Program-made: the position numbers and the translations under genes | NCBI GenBank assembly: GCA_022450705.1 | Contig: JAKUPP010000004.1 | Span: forward strand, 1 to 49,135 | Origin: Alphaproteobacteria bacterium | GTDB lineage: Bacteria > Pseudomonadota > Alphaproteobacteria > GCA-002720895 | DNA length: 49,135 nt | Direction: 5' to 3' | The notes under the pieces: generated by a model | Database searches by the model: none | The model's input: only the letters and a program-made list of their open reading frames with translations | Told to the model about the DNA's origin: nothing | Shown here: positions 9,022-16,639 of the stretch, one piece after another | How the letters are laid out: every line of letters starts with the position of its first letter | How positions within the stretch are numbered: the first letter of the stretch is position 1

Positions 9022-10342
9022 GTATTTAGATACTCCGTTAAAAACAAAAAAAATACCTAAAGGTATACCTTATATTATTGCAAACGAAGCTGCTGAGCGT
9101 TTTAGTTTTTATGGAATGAAAGGAATATTGGTAATCTACATGACCCAATATCTTTTTCTGACAACCGGAGAGTCAAATATTTCTGAGCAAAGTGCTAAAG
9201 CATATTTTCATTTATTTACATCAGCAGTTTACTTTTTTCCAATATTTGGTGCTTTAATCTCAGATATTTTTTTTGGAAAATACAAAACAATAATTGCTTT
9301 ATCGTTAATTTATTGTTTAGGTCATTTAGTTCTCTCCATCGATCCTTCTATATTAGGCTTATCTCTTGGTTTAATATTTATTTCAATGGGATCCGGAGGA
9401 ATTAAGCCATGCGTATCTGCACATTTAGGTGATCAATTTAGTAAAACTAATAGTAATTTAATTGGTAAAGCTTATAGCTGGTTTTATATCGCAATTAATT
9501 TAGGAGCATTTACATCAACATTAATAACTCCTTATTTGTTAAAATATTATTCTCCAAGCATCGCTTTTGGGGTTCCAGGAATCTTTATGGTTTTAGCTAC
9601 ATTATTTTTCTGGGCAGGAAGATATAGATTTATACATATTAAACCTCAAGGAAAAGGGACTTTTTTAGAACTAAAGAAGAGTAAAAACATAAAAATTATA
9701 TTAAAACTTTTTTCTATCTTTATATTTGTATCTTTTTTTTGGTGTTTATTTGATCAAACTGGCTCTTCTTGGATACTTCAAGCAGAGAAGATGGACCGTG
9801 AAATTTTTGGATTTGAAATTCTTAGTGGTCAAATTTTATCAGCTAATCCAATAATGATATTAATTTTTACACCTTTATTCTTTAAGTATTTATATCCTAA
9901 ATTAAACAGTTATATAAATCTTAATTCCGTCAACAAAATTATAATAGGTTTTTTTTTAACATTTCTATCCTTTGCTTTAATCACAATTATTCAATATTGG
10001 ATTGATTTAGGGAAAGAAGTAAATGTTAGTTGGCAATTATTAGCTTATGCAATATTAACAAGTGGTGAAATTTTTGTATCTATAACATGTTTAGAAATAT
10101 CTTATACTCAAGCACCTAAAAAATTAAAATCCATTACAGTTTCAATTTTTCTACTAAGTATTGCTATTGGCAATATTTATACCAGTTTAATAAATTTTTA
10201 TAATGAAAGAGAAGATGGGAGTGTTATTTTAACTGGGTACAATTATTTCTTACTTTTTACCCTAATGATGCTCGTTGTTACATTTTTATTTATTCCATTT
10301 GCTAAAAAATTTGCAAATGAAAAAGTTTTATTACAAGGATAA
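9014..10342 (+). CDS. POT/PTR family proton-dependent oligopeptide transporter (MFS)
   Basis: EAAERFSFYG (ExxERFxxY), GSGGIKPCVS..GDQF, FY..INLG, YTQAP; GTG start overlapping the hydrolase stop. Confidence 0.92.
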   Translation: MNKYLDTPLKTKKIPKGIPYIIANEAAERFSFYGMKGILVIYMTQYLFLTTGESNISEQSAKAYFHLFTSAVYFFPIFGALISDIFFGKYKTIIALSLIYCLGHLVLSIDPSILGLSLGLIFISMGSGGIKPCVSAHLGDQFSKTNSNLIGKAYSWFYIAINLGAFTSTLITPYLLKYYSPSIAFGVPGIFMVLATLFFWAGRYRFIHIKPQGKGTFLELKKSKNIKIILKLFSIFIFVSFFWCLFDQTGSSWILQAEKMDREIFGFEILSGQILSANPIMILIFTPLFFKYLYPKLNSYINLNSVNKIIIGFFLTFLSFALITIIQYWIDLGKEVNVSWQLLAYAILTSGEIFVSITCLEISYTQAPKKLKSITVSIFLLSIAIGNIYTSLINFYNEREDGSVILTGYNYFLLFTLMMLVVTFLFIPFAKKFANEKVLLQG

Positions 10343-10354
10343 AAAGTAGAAGTG

Positions 10355-10771
10355 TTATTTAAACAATCTAAGGCTTGAGCTTTTTAATTTTTTTTTAAGA
10401 TCTTTTTCTAAGGCTTTGTTAAATTCGTATATTTCAGAAGGAAATTTCATTTCAATAACATTATTTTTGCTTACTACCTTACCTTTTTTAAAAATGCTAT
10501 ATTTTTGAGATCTTGGATCAATTTGTATACATATAGGTTTCTTTGTTATAACTCTTCCTATTTTACAATCTTTTCCTATTGCAGCAGATAAAAGATGGTC
10601 GTTAATTGTTTTTCCTGTTGTTTGATATGTTGCTACATCTGCAACTCCTTTAGTTATACCTAAATATTTTAATGCTGTTTCAGTTCCTGATGGAGCTAAA
10701 GAACTACAACCAGACAAAGCAACAAACGAAGCAATAATAGTTATTTTATTTTTAAAATTAATTTTTTTCAT
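10355..10771 (-). CDS. Hypothetical lipoprotein
   Basis: Basic N-terminus, hydrophobic stretch and lipobox LSGC; ATG at 10771 preferred over the track start at 10783. Confidence 0.65.
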   Translation of the reverse strand: MKKINFKNKITIIASFVALSGCSSLAPSGTETALKYLGITKGVADVATYQTTGKTINDHLLSAAIGKDCKIGRVITKKPICIQIDPRSQKYSIFKKGKVVSKNNVIEMKFPSEIYEFNKALEKDLKKKLKSSSLRLFK

Positions 10772-10772
10772 A

Positions 10773-10794
10773 CTTATCAACATCTTATCAACAA
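10773..10794 (+). repeat. Tandem 11-bp repeat containing TTATCAACA twice (DnaA-box-like)
   Basis: CTTATCAACAT CTTATCAACAA; each copy is one mismatch from TTATCCACA. Confidence 0.4.
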
Positions 10795-10844
10795 TTTTTT
10801 AACTTGACAAATTAATTACTTGCATTGTATACATTATTTCATAT

Positions 10845-10860
10845 ATACTATATATTGTAC
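10845..10860. promoter_or_regulatory. Putative NrdR box upstream of nrdR
   Basis: ATACTATATATTGTAC fits acaCwAtATaTwGtgt and overlaps a TATACT -10-like hexamer (10844-49). Confidence 0.55.
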
Positions 10861-10885
10861 TGTTAGATAGGATTGCAAGAAAAAA

Positions 10886-11389
10886 ATGTTAAAAAAAAAT
10901 AAGGAATTATGCCCAATTTGTAACGAATCAATTCAAAAAAAAGGGATTAAAAATTTTAACCTTAATGAGACCACTGTAACAGATTCGCGTGTTACAAAAA
11001 ATGGTTCAATGATACGTAGACGTAGAGTTTGTGTATGTGGAAGTGGTTATAGATTTACAACTTATGAGAGAATTTATAGACCTGAATTAACAGTTATTAA
11101 AAGAAATGGCCAGATTATCCCTTTCAATAAAGAAAGAATTTTTCAATCAGTAAGAATTGCCTTAAATGGTTGTGTAGATCAAGAAAAGAAAACTGAGCAA
11201 ATATCTAATGAAGTAAATGAAAAAATTCAAGATTTCGGTAAAGATAGCGTGCCAACCAAAACCATAGGAGAATACATACTAAAAGCACTTAAAGAAAAAG
11301 ATAAAATGGGATATGTAAGATTTTATGGTGTTTTCAAAAAAGTAACTGATCCTAAAGAATATAAAAGAATTGTCGATACGCTTCACTAA
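10886..11389 (+). CDS. nrdR: Transcriptional repressor NrdR (Zn ribbon + ATP cone)
   Basis: CPIC...V.DSR...IRRRR.C.C...RFTTYER, VIKRNG ATP cone, YVRF. Confidence 0.9.
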   Translation: MLKKNKELCPICNESIQKKGIKNFNLNETTVTDSRVTKNGSMIRRRRVCVCGSGYRFTTYERIYRPELTVIKRNGQIIPFNKERIFQSVRIALNGCVDQEKKTEQISNEVNEKIQDFGKDSVPTKTIGEYILKALKEKDKMGYVRFYGVFKKVTDPKEYKRIVDTLH

Positions 11390-11391
11390 AA

Positions 11392-12291
11392 TTAAATATT
11401 TTTTTTTAAGAATTCAGCAAATTTAAGAAAATCTTTTGATCTTGGAGTGGAAATTCTCCAACATACAGCGATCTCTCTGTAGTTTTGATTATTTTCATAA
11501 TTTAAAATTTTAATTTTATTAGTTTTAAGTAATTCAGAGTTTATTACTAAGTCTGGTAATAAGGTTATTCCACTATTATTTGCAACCATTTGAACCAAAG
11601 TTAGTAAGCTTGTTGCTTTAAAAGCATCTATTTTTTGTTTTGCTTCCTTACTGCATGCTTGGAGCGCATGGTCTCTTAAACAATGTCCTTCATCTAACAA
11701 AAGCATATTACTATTACTGATATCTTTATTATTCAATGATTTCTTTTTGGTTTCTGCTAAAGGACTATCAGTAGGAAGTGCTACATGAAAAAAATCTTTT
11801 TTTATCAACTCAATATGTAAGTTCTCTACTTTATAAGGCCTTGCAATTAATGCTAAATCTAAACTTCCAGAATAAAGCATGTTTAAAATATTTGCGGTTT
11901 GATCTTCAACAAGTTTAAGAGATATTGATGTATATTCTTTTCGGATTTTTGGCATTAATCTTGGCAATATATATGGGGCAATAGTTGGTATAACCCCTAA
12001 TCTTGTTTCCCCAAACATATGTTCTTGGGCTGATTTAGCTAAGTCCAAAACATCATTCATCTCAATATTTATATATTTAGCCTTGTCTGCAATTTTTTCT
12101 CCTAAAGGAGTTAAAAAAACTTTTCTTTTTGTTCTTTCAACTAATTTAACATTTAATAATTTTTCTAATTCTTGTATACCGGAACTAAGAGTGGATTGGC
12201 TTACAAAGCATTCTTTAGCTGCTTTACCAAAATGTAAACATTTTGAAACTGATACTAAATATTTTAATTGCCTAAAAGTTGGATGAAACAT
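11392..12291 (-). CDS. oxyR: Hydrogen peroxide sensor OxyR (LysR family)
   Basis: LysR HTH (HFGKAAKECFVSQSTLS), GVIPTIAPY, redox motif GHCLRDHALQAC (C-x8-C), ATSLLTLVQMV. Confidence 0.92.
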   Translation of the reverse strand: MFHPTFRQLKYLVSVSKCLHFGKAAKECFVSQSTLSSGIQELEKLLNVKLVERTKRKVFLTPLGEKIADKAKYINIEMNDVLDLAKSAQEHMFGETRLGVIPTIAPYILPRLMPKIRKEYTSISLKLVEDQTANILNMLYSGSLDLALIARPYKVENLHIELIKKDFFHVALPTDSPLAETKKKSLNNKDISNSNMLLLDEGHCLRDHALQACSKEAKQKIDAFKATSLLTLVQMVANNSGITLLPDLVINSELLKTNKIKILNYENNQNYREIAVCWRISTPRSKDFLKFAEFLKKNI

Positions 12292-12312
12292 AAAATTTAA
12301 CTATTTTTACTA

Positions 12313-12349
12313 ATCGATATAGTCGATTATTTTATACAAAAAAAATTAT
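12313..12349. promoter_or_regulatory. Putative OxyR/LysR operator between oxyR and pqqA
   Basis: ATCG-N7-CGAT (12313-27) inside inverted repeat TAATCGA-N5-TCGATTA, plus an 11-bp-phased TTAT at 12346-49 abutting the -35; resembles ATAG-N7-CTAT. Confidence 0.6.
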
Positions 12350-12378
12350 TTGATCAATCAAAAAAAAGAGGCTAAATT
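12350..12378 (+). promoter_or_regulatory. Putative sigma70 promoter of pqqA
   Basis: TTGATC(12350-55)-17 nt-TAAATT(12373-78). Confidence 0.55.
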
Positions 12379-12405
12379 AGTATCAACCTTTAAGGGAGGT
12401 CAATC

Positions 12406-12483
12406 ATGACTTGGTATACACCTAAAGTTGCAGAAATAGCTGTTGGCCTTGAAATTAATAGCTATGCATGCGCTGAAGTTTAA
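12406..12483 (+). CDS. pqqA: PQQ precursor peptide PqqA (25 aa, missing from ORF track)
   Basis: Hand translation MTWYTPKVAEIAVGLEINSYACAEV*: W-x-x-P and E-x3-Y (EINSY) core typical of alphaproteobacterial PqqA; strong SD GGGAGGT at 12394-400. Confidence 0.92.
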   Translation: MTWYTPKVAEIAVGLEINSYACAEV

Positions 12484-12500
12484 TTATTAAACTTCTTTAT

Positions 12501-12540
12501 AAAAACGGCTCTTAGTATTATTATTAAGAGCCGTTTTTTT
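12501..12540 (+). terminator. Intrinsic terminator after pqqA
   Basis: AAAAACGGCTCTTA...TAAGAGCCGTTTTTTT perfect stem followed by a T run. Confidence 0.85.
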
Positions 12541-12559
12541 ATTTATAATCAAAAAAAAA

Positions 12560-13246
12560 TTGTCATTAAATAACTGGAAAAATCTTAATCAAGAAATAAT
12601 AGGCTGCCGAAAATGTAAAAGACTTGTGAATTTTAGAGAAAAAATAGCTCGTAATAAAACAAAAAGATTTAAAAAATGGAATTATTGGGGCAAGCCTGTT
12701 ATTGGATATGGCAATAAAAACGGAAAATTAATAATTTTAGGTTTAGCTCCTGCTGCTCATGGTGGGAATAGAACTGGAAGAGTTTTTACTGGTGATAAAT
12801 CTGCTGATTTTTTAGTTAGTTGTTTACATAAAGTCAAATTTGTAAATCAAACTACTTCAGAAAGAAAAAATGATGGTTTAAAAATGTATAATTCGTATAT
12901 GACTCCGGTTTTAAAATGTGTTCCTCCTGAAGATAAACCAACAACAAAAGAGCTGACTAATTGTTTTCATTTTTTTAAAGAAGAAACAAAATTATTAAAA
13001 AAAAGTAAAATCTTTTTAGCCTTAGGAAAAATAGCTTTTGATGCATGTGTAAAATTTTTCAAAGATAGTAATTATATTGATTATAATTATAAATTTAAAT
13101 TTTCTCACGGAGTTACCTATAAAATTAATAATAAATTTACACTTGTAGGTTCGTATCATCCAAGTCCTAGAAATGTAAATACGGGAAGGTTAAATTCAAA
13201 AAAAATGATATATTTATTAAACAAAATAAAAAAAAAAATCAAATGA
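12560..13246 (+). CDS. Uracil-DNA glycosylase, family 5 (UdgB-like, 4Fe-4S)
   Basis: CRKC, GLAPAAHGGNRTGRVFTGD, KCVPP.DKP, YHPSPRN; TTG start. Confidence 0.88.
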   Translation: MSLNNWKNLNQEIIGCRKCKRLVNFREKIARNKTKRFKKWNYWGKPVIGYGNKNGKLIILGLAPAAHGGNRTGRVFTGDKSADFLVSCLHKVKFVNQTTSERKNDGLKMYNSYMTPVLKCVPPEDKPTTKELTNCFHFFKEETKLLKKSKIFLALGKIAFDACVKFFKDSNYIDYNYKFKFSHGVTYKINNKFTLVGSYHPSPRNVNTGRLNSKKMIYLLNKIKKKIK

Positions 13247-13701
13247 AATTAGAAAAAGCAATTTTAGGGGCAGGTTGTTTTTGGCATGTAGAAGAATTTT
13301 TCTCAAATATTAAAGGTGTTCATGCAACTAGGGTTGGGTATGCATGTGGTATTACTAAAGATCCTACATACAAGTTAGTTTGTACAGGTGATACTGGTCA
13401 TGTTGAAGTTGTAGAAATTACCTTTAATCCGGAAATCGTAAAATACGATCAATTACTTAAACAGTTCTGGCAAATACATGATCCTACGTCAGTTGATAAA
13501 CAAGGGCCAGATGTTGGTTCGCAATATAAGTCTGCTTTATGTGTTTTAAATGATATTCAAAATGAAGTTGCAAAAAAGAGTAAAAAAGAAATTCAAAATA
13601 AGTTTGATAATAAAGTAGTTACACTAATTTGTAGATGTAAAATATTTTATCCAGCAGAAGAATATCATCAAAAATACTTAAAAAAAAATCCTGGTTACTG
13701 A
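13243..13701 (+). CDS. msrA: Peptide methionine-S-sulfoxide reductase MsrA
   Basis: GCFW, GHVEVV, HDPT..DKQGPDVGSQY, AEEYHQKY; ends in TGA right after NPGY. Confidence 0.93.
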   Translation: MKLEKAILGAGCFWHVEEFFSNIKGVHATRVGYACGITKDPTYKLVCTGDTGHVEVVEITFNPEIVKYDQLLKQFWQIHDPTSVDKQGPDVGSQYKSALCVLNDIQNEVAKKSKKEIQNKFDNKVVTLICRCKIFYPAEEYHQKYLKKNPGY

Positions 13702-13766
13702 AAAACTTGCATTATTCCTCAACCTATAGATTAAAAAAAAATCGAATTTTTCTTAAATTATCCAAT

Positions 13767-14167
<401 letters not shown>

Positions 14168-14233
14168 AATATTATTTTTTAATTTCTTTTTAATGTTAAG
14201 AATTCGCGATACTTTTTTTTGGAGGTTTATATC

Positions 14234-15664
14234 ATGGATTTAAAATGTAATACACCAGCTGATGTGTTAAAAGCAGCAAAAGATAATAAAGTTAAAATGG
14301 TCGATGTAAAGTTTGTTGATATGCCAGGCATGTGGCAACACTTTAGCGTTCCTCTTCACGAACTTGAAACAAGTTCCTTTACGGATGGTTATGGATTTGA
14401 TGGTTCCTCTATTAGAGGTTATCAAGATATTAATGAAAGTGATATGTTGGTAGTTCCGGATCCAACTACTGCTATTCTTGATCCTTTCACTTCTGTACCT
14501 ACTCTATCTCTAATTTGTAATATTGTTGATCCAATAACAAAACAGCGATATGGAAAAGATCCTAGATATATAATTCATAAAGCTGAAGAATATGTTAAAA
14601 AAGGTGGATTTGGAGATACATGTTACGTTGGGCCTGAAGCCGAGTTCTTTGTTTTTGACAATATACGTTATGACTCTGGTGTAAATTTTGGTTTTTATGA
14701 AATAGATTCTGTAGAAGGAAATTGGAATACAGGTACTGAAGAAGAGCCTGGTAATTTAGGTCATAAACCAAGACCAAAGGAAGGATATTTTCCTACTCCA
14801 CCAGTCGATACTATGCAGGACATTAGAACTGAAATGGTTAATGTAATGGAAGATTGTGGCTTAGATATTGAATGCCATCATCATGAAGTTGCAACTGCTG
14901 GTCAAGCTGAAATTGATATGCGATTTCAAACAATGGCTAAAATGGCAGATCAACAAATGCTTTACAAATATATTGTAAAAAATGTTGCAAAAAATTATGG
15001 GATGACTGCAACTTTTATGCCTAAACCACTTTGGAATGATAATGGTACTGGTATGCATGTGCATTCAAGTATTTGGAGAGATGGAAAACCTTTATTTGCA
15101 GGGAATAAAGCTCTTGGTTTAAGTGATATGGCACTTCATTATATTGGTGGTATCCTTAAACATGGACCTGCAATTTTAGCTTTTACAAATCCTACTACTA
15201 ATTCTTACAAAAGATTAGTGCCTGGTTTTGAAGCGCCGGTTAACCTGGTTTACTCAGCTAGAAATAGATCTGCAGCATGTAGAATACCTATGTATTCACA
15301 AAATCCAAAAGCTAAAAGGGTTGAGTTTAGATGTCCAGATCCTTCTGGTAATCCATACTTAGCTTTTGCAGCAATCGTAATGGCTGGGTTGGATGGGATT
15401 AAGAATAAAATTGATCCAGGTAAACCAACTGAAGGTGATTTGTTTAGTATGACTGAAAGACAGCTATCAAGAATTAAAACTGTTCCGGGTTCTTTGGAAG
15501 GAGTTTTAGATGCGCTTGAGAAAGATCATAAATTCTTATTAGAAGGAGAAGTTTTTTCTAAAGAATTAATTGATACTTGGCTATCATATAAAAGAGAAAC
15601 TGAGGTAGATGAATTAAGACAAAGACCTCATCCTCATGAGTTCTTTTTATATTACGATATTTAA
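14234..15664 (+). CDS. glnA: Glutamine synthetase type I
   Basis: [40 protein letters not shown]; SD GGAGGT at 14221-26 supports ATG 14234. Confidence 0.96.
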   Translation: MDLKCNTPADVLKAAKDNKVKMVDVKFVDMPGMWQHFSVPLHELETSSFTDGYGFDGSSIRGYQDINESDMLVVPDPTTAILDPFTSVPTLSLICNIVDPITKQRYGKDPRYIIHKAEEYVKKGGFGDTCYVGPEAEFFVFDNIRYDSGVNFGFYEIDSVEGNWNTGTEEEPGNLGHKPRPKEGYFPTPPVDTMQDIRTEMVNVMEDCGLDIECHHHEVATAGQAEIDMRFQTMAKMADQQMLYKYIVKNVAKNYGMTATFMPKPLWNDNGTGMHVHSSIWRDGKPLFAGNKALGLSDMALHYIGGILKHGPAILAFTNPTTNSYKRLVPGFEAPVNLVYSARNRSAACRIPMYSQNPKAKRVEFRCPDPSGNPYLAFAAIVMAGLDGIKNKIDPGKPTEGDLFSMTERQLSRIKTVPGSLEGVLDALEKDHKFLLEGEVFSKELIDTWLSYKRETEVDELRQRPHPHEFFLYYDI

Positions 15665-15665
15665 A

Positions 15666-16196
15666 TTATTTTATAAGTTGTGAGATGGCTTTAAATTCAT
15701 TGGTCCCAGATTTTCTTAACCACTCGAATAAAACCATTTCACAACTTACTATTTGAATATTAGGATATTTATCTAATCTGCTAAGTGCTGTTAAATAATC
15801 TTTTTGATATCTAGAAGAAACAGCATCATGAACAATATAGACTCTGTTTTTATTAGCAGTTTCCGCTATATCAATTGCAGTTTGCAAAACACAGATATGA
15901 GACTCGATACCAGAAATAATAAAATGAGTTGCTGATAATTCTTTTATTGGAACTGAAAAAGCAGTTTTTTCTATTAATGTATCATTAGTAGTTAGATTTT
16001 CTTTTATTTTTTTAATAGTATTGCCCAAACCTTTTGGATATTGTTCTGAACATATAACAGGAATTTCTAGAATTTTACTAGCCTTTTGAAGCTTTATTAT
16101 ATTATCAATAAATGTGTGAGGTTTATGCATCGCAGAAACCAACTTTTCTTGGACATCAATAATATATAATATAGATTTCTCTTTTTCTATTAGCAT
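15666..16196 (-). CDS. Isochorismatase-family cysteine hydrolase
   Basis: IIDVQEKL, EQYPKGLG.T, KTAFS, GIESHICV.QT, DAVSSR. Confidence 0.88.
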   Translation of the reverse strand: MLIEKEKSILYIIDVQEKLVSAMHKPHTFIDNIIKLQKASKILEIPVICSEQYPKGLGNTIKKIKENLTTNDTLIEKTAFSVPIKELSATHFIISGIESHICVLQTAIDIAETANKNRVYIVHDAVSSRYQKDYLTALSRLDKYPNIQIVSCEMVLFEWLRKSGTNEFKAISQLIK

Positions 16197-16227
16197 TTAA
16201 ATATTCTACTAAAAGAAAATAAAAAAA

Positions 16228-16551
16228 TTAACTTGCTTGTTTTTGTTTTTTTTGTTCTTCGATAATAAGTCTACAATGAAAAGCGCAATATTCTCGTCCT
16301 GGTTGAGCGGTCATGGTACAAGTTGAGTGGGAACATATTTTAGGCTGGTATAATTCTTCAACATTATTATTTTCTTCATAAATTATTTCTTCATTATCTT
16401 CTAATCTACTTGGATGTTTTGGCAAACCTAATCTGTTTGCTTTGCCAATAACTGCATTTCTTGTAGTTCTTAATTGCAAAGCTATTATTCGCGCAGGTTC
16501 TCCCCTATTCCAAAGTCTCCTTAAAACATCTATTTGTTCTTTAGACCACAT
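16228..16551 (-). CDS. gcrA: GcrA-family cell-cycle regulator (short, 107 aa)
   Basis: MWSKEQIDVLRRLW..G..A..IA..L.TTRNAVIGKANRLGL; C-terminal YC..H; ATG at 16551. Confidence 0.85.
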   Translation of the reverse strand: MWSKEQIDVLRRLWNRGEPARIIALQLRTTRNAVIGKANRLGLPKHPSRLEDNEEIIYEENNNVEELYQPKICSHSTCTMTAQPGREYCAFHCRLIIEEQKKQKQAS

Positions 16552-16555
16552 AATT

Positions 16556-16633
16556 ATACAACATGTTGAATATAGGTAATAATAACATACCATATGATTT
16601 AATCAAGTATTTATTGTATACTATATATAGTAG
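16556..16633. promoter_or_regulatory. Three 31-bp-phased NrdR-box-like sites upstream of gcrA
   Basis: ATACAACATGTTGAAT (16556), ATACCATATGATTTAA (16587, degenerate), ATACTATATATAGTAG (16618). Confidence 0.6.
16579..16606 (-). promoter_or_regulatory. Putative sigma70 promoter of gcrA
   Basis: Minus strand TTGATT-16 nt-TATTAT with a TGn extended -10. Confidence 0.5.
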
Positions 16634-16639
16634 ATATAT

